Of a DNA stretch of 64,000 nucleotides, positions 13,185 to 35,700 are shown piece by piece (position 1 is the stretch's first letter; every line of letters starts with the position of its first letter). The translations under genes were made by a program, and so were the position numbers. Origin of the DNA: Macrostomum lignano (taxonomy: Eukaryota); assembly GCA_002269645.1 (NCBI GenBank), contig NIVC01001554.1, positions 1 to 64,000 on the forward strand, read 5' to 3'. The notes under the pieces were generated by a model, which made no database searches, was not told where the DNA came from, and saw only the letters and a program-made list of their open reading frames with translations.

Positions 13185-15320
13185 CATTGTTAGCTATCCT
13201 CTGGAATGTACACACTGATGTACCATGTGTCTGACATAGTTAGCAGCCCTCTGGAATGTACACACTGATGTACAATGTGTCTGACATAGTTAGCAGCCCT
13301 CTGGAATGTACACACTGATGTACAATGTGTCTGACATAGTTAGCAGCCCTCTGGAATGTACACACTGATGTACCATGTGTCTGACATAGTTAGCAGCCCT
13401 CTGGAATGTTCACACTGATGTACCATGTGTCTCCCATAGTTAGCAGCCCTGTGGAATGTACACACTGATGTACCATGTGTCTGACATAGTTAGCAGCCCT
13501 CTGGAATGTACACACTGATGTACAATGTGTCTGACATAGTTAGCAGCCCTCTGGAATGTACACACTGATGTACCATGTGTCTGACATAGTTAGCAGCCCT
13601 GTGGAATGTACACACTGATGTACCATGTGTCTGCCATAGTTAGAAGCCCTCTGGAATGTACACACTGATGTACCATGTGTCTCCCATAGTTAGCAGCCCT
13701 GTGGAATGTACACAGTGATGTACAATGTGTCTGCCATAGTTAGCAGCCCTCTGGAATGTACACACTGATGTACCATGTGTCTGCCATAGTTAGCAGCCCT
13801 CTGGAATGTACACACTGATGTACCATGTGTCTGCCATAGTTAGCAGCCCTCTGGAATGTACACACTGATGTACCATGTGTCTGACATAGTTAGCAGCCTT
13901 CTGGAATGTACACACTGATGTAACATGTGTCTCCCATTGTTAGCTGCACTCTGGAATGTACACACTGATGTACCATGTGTCTGACATAGTTAGCAGCCCT
14001 CTGGAATGTACACACTGATGTACCATGTGTCTGACATAGTTAGCAGCCTTCTGGAATGTACACACTGATGTACCATGTGTCTGCCATTGTTAGCTGCACT
14101 CTGGAATGTACACACTGATGTACCATGTGTCTGCCATAGTTAGAAGCCCTCTGGAATGTACACACTGATGTACCATGTGTCTGCCATAGTTAGCAGCCCT
14201 CTGGAATGTGCACACTGATGTACCATGTGTCTCCCATAGTTAGCTGCAATCTGGAATGTACACAGTGATGTACAATGTGTCTGCCATAGTTAGAAGCCCT
14301 CTGGAATGTACACAGTGATGTACCATGTGTCTGCCATTGTTAGCAGCCCTGTGGAATGTACACAGTGATGTACAATGTGTCTGCCATAGTTAGCAGCCCT
14401 CTGGAATGTACACACTGATGTACCATGTGTCTGCCATAGTTAGCAGCCCTCTGGAATGTACACACTGATGTACCATGTGTCTGACATAGTTAGCAGCCCT
14501 CTGGAATGTACACACTGATGTACCATGTGTCTGCCATTGTTAGCTGTCCTTTGGAATGTACACACTGATGTACCATGTGTCTGCCATAGTTAGCAGCCCT
14601 CTGGAATGTACACACTGATGTACCATGTGCCTGTCATTGTTAGCTGCACTCTGGAATGTAACACTGATGTACAATGTGTCTGCCATAGTTAGCAGCCCTC
14701 TGGAATGTACACACTGATGTACCATGTGTCTGCCATAGTTAGCAGCCCTCTGGAATGTACACACTGATGTACCATGTGTCTGCCATAGTTAGCAGCCTTC
14801 TGGAATGTACACACTGATGTACCATGTGTCTGCCATTGTTAGCTGTCTCTGGAATGTACACACTGATGTACCATGTGTCTGCCATTGTTAGCAGCCCTCT
14901 GGAATGTACACACTGATGTACCATGTGTCTCCCATTGTTAGCTGTCCTCTGGAATGTACACACTGATGTACCATGTGTCTGCCATTGTTAGCTGTCCTCT
15001 GGAATGTACACACTGATGTACCATGTGTCTGCCATTGTTAGCAGCCCTCTGGAATGTACACACTGATGTACCATGTGTCTCCCATTGTTAGCTGTCCTCT
15101 GGAATGTACACACTGATGTACCATGTGTCTGCCATTGTTAGCAGCCCTCTGGAATGTACACACTGATGTACCATGTGTCTGCCATTGTTAGCTGTCCTCT
15201 GGAATGTACACACTGATGTACCATGTGTCTGCCATTGTTAGCAGCCCTCTGGAATGTACACACTGATGTACCATGTGTCCTTCAATATTAGCAGCCCTGT
15301 GGAATGTGCACACTGATTTA
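13185..15320 (+). repeat. 50-bp tandem satellite, about 42 copies, intergenic
   Basis: Unit tctggaatgtacacactgatgtaccatgtgtctgacatagttagcagccc. Confidence 0.97.
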
Positions 15321-16607
15321 AATATTAATTCCTATTAATACAGACGATTTAGAATGTGTACGCGCATCATATTGTTAGCCATGTACGCACGTGTACTTCT
15401 CGTGGCAGAGGCTAGATATGAAGCAAATAAACTACCAATTCCTGCGCATGCATTCCACTGCAGCAGCAGCGCTTTCAAAAAAAAGTACTCTCATAGCTTT
15501 TCCTTCGCTCTGGTGTTTAGCTCAGTTCATCAGGCCACCCACATGACGGACAGCGATTTTGCCAGGTGGGGTCAAATAAGGTGAGCTTGCTTTTTTCTGG
15601 CTTTTCTACGAGTAGCTTTAATTGTTTTCTATCTTTTTTTCTGAGTCTATACCAGTGCCTCTTTATTTCCTGCTTTGTTTAGAAGTTCGGCCTGTTGTTT
15701 CGCTGCTCAGGAGGTATTTTTTGAAATCTAGATTGACAAAAAGGGATAAACATACGCACACCATACTACTAACTAGTCTAGTAAGTAGTTCGATGCGCCA
15801 ACAGTTTTAACTAATATGATGCAATGCTTTCTAAACAATTTATCAATTGGTTTTGGCTTCTTTTGATTTGCGGCTTTTTAACATATTCTAACCGTCTACG
15901 ATACGAATCGTATCAAGGAGTCAATGAGCAGTTAGCTTAAAGAAATTCAAGTTCAAATTCAATTTGATTCCAACGTGGCAAAGCGTAGATTTTGGCTTAG
16001 CTGACGTGTGTGAGGCAGCGCACTTGGCTTAATTCAAATTGTTCATACCAGTGTTTAGCGGTGCACGCGCGGCACTGGACAGCTGTGCCCCCAAGCAGCT
16101 GTATCAATGCGTGCTGAAGTCTCACTTCTGTCTGACTCTCTCTCCCCAACTCTCTAACCCTCTCTCTCCAGCCTGTATCGGTGCTGCTAAATCGGCCAAA
16201 AAATCGATTTATAATGCTTGGCACTTCGACTCCACACCGAGGCGGCGGTTGGGGGTTTGAGCTGTGGGGTAGCTAGAGGGGTTTTTGAGTTGAGCTCACT
16301 TGCCGCAGCGGAGTTCTATATAAATTGCTGGATGGGTGCCGGGTCCATAGCAGTCCCAGTGGCTGTGATATATAAAATCCATGGTGCAACTGAGGCTGTA
16401 CCTCGCGAGTTGTAACGAATACTTTGTCAGCTTTTTTCAAACGAACTTGCTAACTGGACTGGCTTAAGCTAAATCATCGTGAGCTTCTGTTTTTAATTGT
16501 TATAATCTTGGTTTGAATTTTTCTAATAATTTTTAACTATTGACATTAAAGTCTTCAGACTTACTGACTTGAATTCGGCCATGATTACTATCCAGAATAC
16601 TCGTAAT

Positions 16608-18595
16608 TCCTAATCCCCATCCAGCATCATCCCTAATCCCCAACCAGAATCATCCCCAATCCCCATTCAGCATCATCCCTAATCCCCAACCAGAATCATC
16701 CCCAATCCCCATCCAGCATCATCCCTAATCCCCAACCAGAATCATCCCCAATCCCCATTCAGCATCGCCATCATCCCTAATCCCCAACCAGAATCATCCC
16801 CAATCCCCATCCAGAATCATCCCCAATCCCCAACCAGAATCATCCCCAATCCCCATCCAGAATCATCCCCAATCCCCAACCAGAATCATCCCCAATCCAC
16901 AGCCAGAATCATCCCCAATCCCCAACCAGAATCATCCCCAATCCACATCCAGAATCATCCCCAATCCACAACCAGAATCATCCTCAATCCACAACCAGAA
17001 TCATCCCCAATCCACAGCCAGAATCATCCCCAATTCCCAACCAGAATCATCCCCAATCCACAACCAGAATCATCCCCAATCCACAGCCAGAATCATCCCC
17101 AATCCCCAACCAGAATCATCCCCAATCCCCAACCAGAATCATCCCCAATCCCCAACCAAAATCATCCCCAATCCACATCCAAAATCATCCCCAATCCCCA
17201 ACCAGAATCATCCCCAATCCCCATCCAAAATCATCCCCAATCCCCAACCAGAATCACCCCAATCCCCATCCAGAATCATCCCCATCCAGAATCATCCCCA
17301 ATCCCCATCCAGAATCATCCCTAATCCCTGTCTAGAATTATCCCATTCAGAATCATTCCTAATCCCCAACCAGAATCATCCCCAATCCCCATCCAGAATC
17401 ATTCCTAATCCCCAACCAGAATCATCCCCAATCCCCATTCAGCATCGCCATCATCCCTAATCCCCAACCAGAATCATCCCCAATCCCCATCCAGAATCAT
17501 CCCCAATCCACAACCAGAATCATCCCCAATCCACAGCCAGAATCATCCCCAATCCCCAACCAGAATCATCCCCAATCCACATCCAGAATCATCCCCAATC
17601 CACAACCAGAATCATCCCCAATCCACATCCAAAATCATCCCCAATCCCCAACCAGAATCATCCCCAATCCCCATCCAAAATAATCCCCAATCCCCAACCA
17701 GAATCACCCCAATCCCCATCCAGAATCATCCCCATCCAGAATCATCCCCAATCCCCATCCAGAATCATCCCTAATCCCTGTCTAGAATTATCCCATTCAG
17801 AATCATTCCTAATCCCCAACCAGAATCATCCCCAATCCCCATCCAGAATCATTCCTAATCCCCAACCAGAATCATCCCCAACCCCCATTCAGCATCGCCA
17901 TCATCCCTAATCCCCAACCAGAATCATCCCCAATCCCCATCCAGAATCATCCCCAATCCACAACCAGAATCATCCCCAATCCACAGCCAGAATCATCCCC
18001 AATCCCCAACCAGAATCATCCCCAATCCACATCCAGAATCATCCCCAATCCACAACCAGAATCATCCCCAATCCACAACCAGAATCATCCCCAATCCACA
18101 GCCAGAATCATCCCCAATCCCCAACCAGAATCATCCCCAATCCACAACCAGAATCATCCCCAATCCACAGCCAGAATCATCCCCAATCCCCAACCAGAAT
18201 CATCCCCAATCCCCAACCAGAATCATCCCCAATCCCCAACCAAAGTCATCCCCAATCCACATCCAAAATCATCCCCAATCCCCAACCAGAATCATCCCCA
18301 ATCCCCATCCAAAATCATCCCCAATCCCCAACCAGAATCACCCCAATCCCCATCCAGAATCATCCCCAATCCCCAACCAGAATCATCCCCAATCCCCATC
18401 CAGAATCATCCCCAATCCCCATCCAGAATCATCCCCAATCCCCATCCAGAATCATCCCTAATCCCTGTCTAGAATTATCCCATTCAGAATCATTCCTAAT
18501 TCCCAACCAGAATCATCCCTAATCCCCACCCAGAATCATCCCCAATCCCCACCCAGAATCATCCCCAATCCCCACCCAGAGTCCCCCCTAATCCC
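16608..18595 (+). repeat. ~23-bp C-rich minisatellite (aatccccaaccagaatcatcccc) with higher-order duplication, upstream of ENTPD
   Basis: Tandem units. The variant block ctaatccctgtctagaattatccc recurs at about 17321, 17771 and 18458. Confidence 0.97.
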
Positions 18596-18727
18596 AGTTA
18601 AGACCGTTCCCATTCTACATGCAAACAGCGCATTCCCACCTGCACGCTAACATGCATTGCTTCATATCGCCAATGCAGTCCAATTCGTCGAGCTGATTCG
18701 CCGAGTCAGTCGAACTCGGCAGCGAAA

Positions 18728-27799
<9,072 letters not shown>

Positions 27800-28409
27800 C
27801 GGTGGCCGCCCTTACCCAGCCCAATCTCATTCATTCTTCATTTCGGCCTTTTGTTGTGACTAAATAAAATTATATTAATGGATATCCCAATAGACAGAGA
27901 TCCCACTTTTAAGCGCTAGTCTCTCTACTGCCTGCTTCCACTAATTGATATTTCTCTTCGTTACATTGGAAGAATACTTTACCAGCCGCATGTGTTTACC
28001 TGTTACTGCCTAATCTCTACTCTATTGAGTCAGTCTTCCAATGCGTTTCACACGCACAGATAAAATGCAGTGTTGTGATCCAATATGTTATTAATAATAT
28101 CATAGGCGCCTTTTGAACTCTGTTAGACAGCGTATATGTGTTACTAACTAAACTATTTTATTGTTCTAATCAATTAGTTCTATTTGCTTTATTTTAGTGC
28201 TTATTTAAATATTTTATGTATAATTAATGCATTAACTGCGAATTTATTAAGTAGTCTGTTACGCGCATGTTATTAAAAGATTAAAGCGACAATCCTCGCT
28301 TCGTTTGAGTTGCGCAATCAAGTATTTGCTTGGCGTGCATTTGTTAGAGTGCTTGTTGAAAAAACACTACATTTTTGCCTTAACCTTCTTTACCAGTTAT
28401 GAGTAGAGT

Positions 28410-29640
28410 GTGAATAGATCTGAGTAGGTGGTGGATCGATCTGAGTAGATGGGGGATCGATTTGAGTAGGTGTGGGATCAATCTGAGTAGGTGGTGGATG
28501 GATCTGAAAAGCTGGTTGATGTATCTGAGCATGAGCAGTGGATGGATAGATCTATCTTAGCATCAGATAGATAGACCATTTGAGCAGCAGGTAGATAGAT
28601 CTATCTAAGTAGCAGGTGGTTAGATCTATCTGAGTAGTGGGTGGTTAGATCTATCTGAGTAGTGGGTGGTTAGATCTATCTGAGCAGTGTATGGATAGAT
28701 CTGAGCAGCAGGTGGATAGATATATCTGAGCAGTGGGTGGTTAGATCTATCTGAGCAGTGGGTGGTTAGATCTATCTGAGTAGTGGGTGGTTAGATCTAT
28801 CTGAGCAGTGTATGGATAGATCTGAGCAGCAGGTGGATAGATATATCTGAGCAGTGGGTGGTTAGATCTATCTGAGCAGTGGGTGGTTAGATCTATCTGA
28901 GCAGTGGATGGTTAGATCTATCTGAGTAGTGGGTGGTTAGATCTATCTGAGTAGTGGGTGGTTAGATCTATCTGAGCAGTGTATGGATAAATCTGAGCAG
29001 CAGGTGGATAGATATATCTGAGCAGTGGGTGGTTAGATCTATCTGAGCAGTGGATGGTTAGATCTATCTGAGCAATGGGTGGTTAGATCTATCTGAGCAG
29101 TGGGTGGTTAGATCTATCTGAGCAGTGTATGGATAGATCTGAGCATCAGGTGGATAGATATATCTGAGCAGTGGGTGGTTAGATATATCTGAGCAGTGGG
29201 TGGTTATATCTATCTGAGCAGTGGGTGGTTAGATCTATCTGAGCAGTGTATGGATAGATCTGAGCAGCAGGTGGATAGATCTATCTGAGCAGTGGGTGGT
29301 TAGATCTATCTGAGTAGTGGGTGGTTAGATCTATCTGAGTAGTGGGTGGTTAGATCTATCTGAGCAGTGTATGGATAGATCTGAGCAGCAGGTGGATAGA
29401 TATATCTGAGCAGTGGGTGGTTAGATCTATCTGAGCAGTGGGTGGTTAGATCTATCTGAGTAGTGGGTGGTTAGATCTATCTGAGCAGTGTATGGATAGA
29501 TCTGAGCAGCAGGTGGATAGATCTATCTGAGCAGTGGGTGGTTAGATCTATCTGAGCAGTGGGTGGTTAGATCTATCTGAGCAGTGTATGGATAGATCTG
29601 AGCAGCAGGTGGATAGATCTATCTGAGCAGGGGGTGGATA
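28410..29640 (+). repeat. ~25-bp minisatellite (agatctatctgagcagtgggtggtt) between ENTPD and TBCCD1
   Basis: Tandem units with a recurring tatggatagatctgagcagcagg variant. Confidence 0.95.
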
Positions 29641-29745
29641 GATCCGAACAGTTGACAGTCTCACTGTCCACCAAGGCTGAGTCAAGCAAAACTCCCTGCC
29701 GCCTCTTCAGCCGACAGCTCCGAGCCGACGCCTTGCACAGTCAGG

Positions 29746-32700
29746 ATGTCGGCCAACTTCCAGTACAGCGGCAGCCGGCCGTCATCTTCCGGATCGCGCT
29801 CGTCCTCGTCAACTTCGGCAACGCTGACGGCAACTGGCGGCAAATCCTCCATAACATTCTGGGTCCGATTCGAGCCGCTGACATTCGCCGTGTTCCCCGT
29901 CAGTCCCTGCCAGCGGTTGACGCCGAAAAACCTGCGCAAACTGGTGCTGCACGCCCGCAGCAAGGGCGCCAGCGGATTCCCGCAGCTCACCTTCCCGGTG
30001 TGGCGACTATTCGCCTCGGAGCACCTGGCCAGCGGCTCGGACGTGGCCTGGCTGATGTTCCACGCCTGCATGATGACCTGCGGCACTAATCCGGACCGGC
30101 TCAGCGAGCTGGAGTGCCGCCTTCACGAGGAGTCCAACAGAGGCGGCGGCTCAGCCCAGGAGACTGTGCGCAATCAGCAGAGCGTTGACCTGTTCACCTT
30201 TGTTATATTTCTCTATATGCAGAAGATTAATGCTATTAATCTGCGTCGGAGGTGCGTTGCCTAGCGATAATTTCTTCAAATATTTGATTATCGATTTCCA
30301 AGAAAAGTTTCCAAGGCACAGAGTGCGCAACCCGAACCCCTTTCTGCAAACTGATTGTAACTATGGCCCTATCTTTTCTATGTTAAAATTTCTCGTCTCG
30401 TCTTAATGACTAATATTTACTAATTTACAAGGGGTTGTAGCCTAGTGGTTAGTGTCGAACTCGTGACTGAAAGGTCGGAGGCTCGATTCCAGACCCACTC
30501 GGAACAATTTGTGTCCTTGAGCAAGACAGTTAACTTTGCATTGCTTCAGCTCACCCAGCTGTAAAATGGGTGCCAGCATTAGCTGGGGTAATTGAGGGCC
30601 CCCCCCCCAGTCCTTGGACTGAACATTAGGGCAGGTGTAATCAATTATTATTAATAATAATTACTATTTTATTAATACATACGTACGCAGCCACCAGACA
30701 ACCAGCGCTGAATGGCCCCGAGCTGAGGGCGACGCCAGCGAGAGCAGCCTCGGCGGCGGTGGCAGCGGCGGCGGTGGCAGCGGCGGCCTGGCCGCCTCCC
30801 TGACAGCCTCCGCCGCTGGTAAGTGCCAGGACGAGCAGACCCACGTCGCCTTTGTGCAGGAGAATCTGCGCGAACTTCTCGACCTTCTAGCTGAGTCGGA
30901 TGCCTACAGCGACAATGTGCAGTTGTCGCGCGAGGCAGCCGACGCTCTCCGACTCCTGCTGGCCGGCTCCGACGATGGCGGCAGGACTGTGCGCACTGTT
31001 CAGGTTTGACTGCGCCTTTATTATTCTTTTACTTACTTGCTACTTACAGTAGTGCAGTTGCTAGTAGCTTTGTCTCTTTAGGACCAATTAGTCTTTCGGG
31101 CATGGTTGCAAGCAGTCAGTTTTCAACCTCCCTCTCCGCTCCCTCAGTGTCCTCGAATCCGCCTCTCCGCTCCCTCAGTGTCCTAGAATCCGCCTCTCCG
31201 CTCCCTCAGTGTCCTCGAATCCGCCTCTCCGCTACCTCAGTGTCCTCGAATCCGCCTCTCCGCTACCTCAGTGTCCTGGAATCCGCCTGTCCGCTCCGAT
31301 ACCTCAGCTCTGGAATCCGCCTGTCCGCCCCCATACCTCAGCTCTGGAATCCGCCCCTCCGCTCCGATACCTCAGCCCTGGAATCCGCCTCTCCGCTCCC
31401 ATACCTCAGCTCTGGAATCCGCCTGTCCGCTCCGATACCTCAGCCCTGGAATCCGCCTCTCCGCTCCCATACCTCAGCTCTGGAATCCGCCTGTCCGCTC
31501 CCATACCTCAGCTCTGGAATCCGCCCCTCCGCTCCGATACCTCAGCCCTGGAATCCGCCTGTCCGCTCCCATACCTCAGCTCTGGAATCCGCCTGTCCGC
31601 TCCCATACCTCAGCTCTGGAATCCGCCCCTCCGCTCCGATACCTCAGCCCTGGAATCCGCCTGTCCGCTCCCATACCTCAGCTCTGGAATCCGCCCCTCC
31701 GCTCCGATACCTCAGCCCTGAAATCCGCCTCTCCGCTCCCATACCTCAGCTCTGGAATCCGCCTGTCCGCTCCCATACCTCAGCTCTGGAATCCGCCTGT
31801 CCGCTCCCATACCTCAGCTCTGGAATCCGCCTGTCCGCTCCCATACCTCAGCTCTGGAATCCGCCTGTCCGCTCCCATACCTCAGCCTTGGAATCCGCCT
31901 CTCCGCTCCCTAGCATCTGCAATCAGCAATACAGGCTGCTCCCCGCCGTCCATCTCGCAGGAGCTGGGCGCCCAGCCACGCATGGCGGCCAGCAGCGGCT
32001 ACAGCAAGGTGACTCGCAGCTTCGCTTGCCGGCCCCTTGCCACGTGGATCATAGCCAATCTGGGCCAGAACCCGCTGGGCGTCCAGGCCATGATGGCCAG
32101 CTCCACCCGCATCTGCTGGCCGTTGCACAGCGACGCGCCAAAACCGCGCGGCCGCGTCTGCAGCAACGCCGATAAAGCAGCTGCGCCATCTGACAAACTC
32201 GTGCTATTGCATGCTGTGTCTAGGGAGACTGTCTGCCGAGCGGGCGGGCACACCTGCGACCAGGTGAGAATAGTTCTTGAGCCCTTTCAATTAGGAGGCA
32301 TAAAAGTGAAGCATAAGATATTTTATAAATGTAGCATTTTTCATATTATTAAAGAAGTTTGAGTAATTAATTCAAGACACGATCAACCATATTCAATCCA
32401 TGCTTCGACGATTGTCTATGGCCTAGACTGTGTTTTGGGAGAGCATTGAATTCAAGACACGATCAACCATATTCAATCCATGCTTCGATGATTGTCTATG
32501 GCCAAAACTGTGTTTGGGGAGAGCATTGAATTCAAGACACGATCAACCATATTTAATCCATGCTTCGACGATCGTCTATGGCCAAAACTGTGTATGGGGA
32601 GAGCATTGAATTCAAGACACGATCAACCAAATTCAATCCATCCTTCGACGATTGTCTATGGCCTAGACTGTGTTTGGGGAGAGCATTTGATTCAAGACAC

Positions 32701-35700
32701 ATCAACCATATTCAATCCATGTTTTGACGATTGTCTATGGCCTAGACTGTGTTTGGGGAGAGTATTGAATTCAAGACACATCAACCGTATTCAATCCATG
32801 CTTCGACGATTGTCTATGGCCTAGACTGTGTTTGGGGAGAGCATTGAATTCAAGACACATCAACCGTATTCAATCCATGCTTCGACTATTGTCTATGGCC
32901 TAGACTGTGTTTGGGGAGAGCATTTAATTCAAGACACATCAACCGTATTCAATCCATGCTTCGACGATTGTCTATGGCCTAGACTGTGTTTGGGGAGAGT
33001 ATTGAATTCAAGACACGATCAACCATATTCAATCCATGTTTTGACGATTGTCTATGGCTAAAACTGTGTTTGGGGAGAGCATTGAATTCAAGACACGATC
33101 AACCATATTTAATCCATGCTTCGACGATTGTCTATGGCCAAAACTGTGTATGGGGAGAGCATTTGATTCAAGACGCGATCAACCATATTCAATCCATGCT
33201 TCGACGATTGTCTATGGCCAAAACTGTGTATGGGGAGAGCATTTGATTCAAGACGCGATCAACCATATTCAATCCATGCTTCGACGATTGTCTATGGCCA
33301 AAACTGTGTATGGGGAGAGCATTTGATTCAAGACGCGATCAACCATATTCAATCCATGCTTCGATGATTGTCTATGGCCAAAACTGTGTTTGGGGAGAGC
33401 ATTGAATTCAAGACACGATCAACCATATTTAATCCATGCTTCGACGATTGTCTATGGCCAATACTGTGTATGGGGAGAGCATTGAATTCAAGACACGATC
33501 AACCAAATTCAATCCATCCTTCGACGATTGTCTATGGCCTAGACTGTGTTTGGGGAGAGCATTGAATTCAAGACACGATCAACCGTATTCAATCCATCCT
33601 TCGACGATTGTCTATGGCCTAGACTGTGTTTGGGGAGAGCATTGAATTCAAGACACGATCAACCATATTTAATCCATGCTTCGACGATTGTCTATGGCCT
33701 AGACTGTGTTTGGGGAGAGCATTGAATTCAAGACACGATCAACCATATTTAATCCATGCTTCGACGATTGTCTATGGCCTAAACTGTGTTTGGGGAGAGC
33801 ATTGAATTCAAGACACGATCAACCATATTTAATCCATGCTTCGACGATTGTCTATGGCCAAAACTGTGTATGGGGAGAGCATTTGATTCAAGACGCGATC
33901 AACCATATTCAATCCATGCTTCGATGATTGTCTATGGCCAAAACTGTGTTTGGGGAGAGCATTGAATTCAAGACACGATCAACCATATTTAATCCATGCT
34001 TCGACGATCGTCTATGGCCAAAACTGTGTATGGGGAGAGCATTGAATTCAAGACACGATCAACCGTATTCAATCCATCCTTCGACGATTGTCTATGGCCT
34101 AGACTGTGTTTGGGGAGAGCATTTGATTCAAGACGCGATCAACCATATTCAATCCATGCTTCGATGATTGTCTATGGCCAAAACTGTGTTTGGGGAGAGC
34201 ATTGAATTCAAGACACGATCAACCATATTTAATCCATGCTTCGACGATCGTCTATGGCCAAAACTGTGTATGGGGAGAGCATTGAATTCAAGACACGATC
34301 AACCGTATTCAATCCATCCTTCGACGATTGTCTATGGCCTAGACTGTGTTTGGGAAGAGCATTGAATTCAAGACACGATCAACCGTATTCAATCCATCCT
34401 TCGACGATTGTCTATGGCCTAGACTGTGTTTGGGGAGAGCATTGAATTCAAGACACGATCAACCATATTTAATCCATGCTTCGACGATTGTCTATGGCCT
34501 AGACTGTGTTTGGGGAGAGCATTGAATTCAAGACACGATCAACCATATTCAATCCATGCTTCGACGATTGTCTATGGCCTAAACTGTGTTTGGGGAGAGC
34601 ATTGAATTCAAGACACGATCAACCATATTCAATCCATGCTTCGACGATTGTCTATGGCCTAGACTGTGTTTGGGGAGAGCATTGAATTCAAGACACGATC
34701 AACCATATTTAATCCATGCTTCGACGATTGTCTATGGCCAAAACTGTGTATGGGGAGAGCATTTGATTCAAGACGCGATCAACCATATTCAATCCATGCT
34801 TCGATGATTGTCTATGGCCAAAACTGTGTTTGGGGAGAGCATTGAATTCAAGACACGATCAACCATATTTAATCCATGCTTCGACGATTGTCTATGGCCA
34901 AAACTGTGTATGGGGAGAGCATTGAATTCAAGACACGATCAACCGTATTCAATCCATCCTTCGACGATTGTCTATGGCCTAGACTGTGTTTGGGGAGAGC
35001 ATTGAATTCAAGACACGATCAACCGTATTCAATCCATCCTTCGACGATTGTCTATGGCCTAGACTGTGTTTGGGGAGAGCATTGAATTCAAGACACGATC
35101 AACCATATTTAATCCATGCTTCGACGATTGTCTATGGCCTAGACTGTGTTTGGGGAGAGCATTGAATTCAAGACACGATCAACCATATTCAATCCATGCT
35201 TCGACGATTGTCTATGGCCTAGACTGTGTTTGGGGAGAGCATTGAATTCAAGACACGATCAACCATATTTAATCCATGCTTCGACGATTGTCTATGGTTA
35301 AAACTGTGTATGGGGAGAGCATTTGATTCAAGACGCGATCAACCATATTCAATCCATGCTTCGACGATTGTCTATGGCCTAAACTGTGTTTGGGGAGAGC
35401 ATTGAATTCAAGACACGATCAACCATATTTAATCCATGCTTCGATGATTGTCTATGGCCAAAACTGTGTTTGGGGAGAGCATTGAATTCAAGACACATCA
35501 ACCATATTTAATCCATGCTTCGACGATTGTCTATGGCCTAGACTGTGTTTAGGGAGAGCATTGAATTTAATGCATCGAGGAGCAGTTGAAGTCAGTGTTT
35601 AAATTCAGAACCATTAGAAAATATTTGTGAATTAGCATTTTATAATGATGCACAGATGTTTTCAGGGGGGTGCAGGAAACGCAGTGTGTGAGCAGACCAG

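Noticed and set aside
13185-15320. CRISPR-like array (also considered for 32371-35570)
   Set aside because: Units are contiguous with no unique spacers, there are no cas genes, and the context is eukaryotic.
31006-31960. 389-aa and 363-aa ORFs
   Set aside because: They read through the 34-bp array. The coding part starts at the 31961 acceptor.
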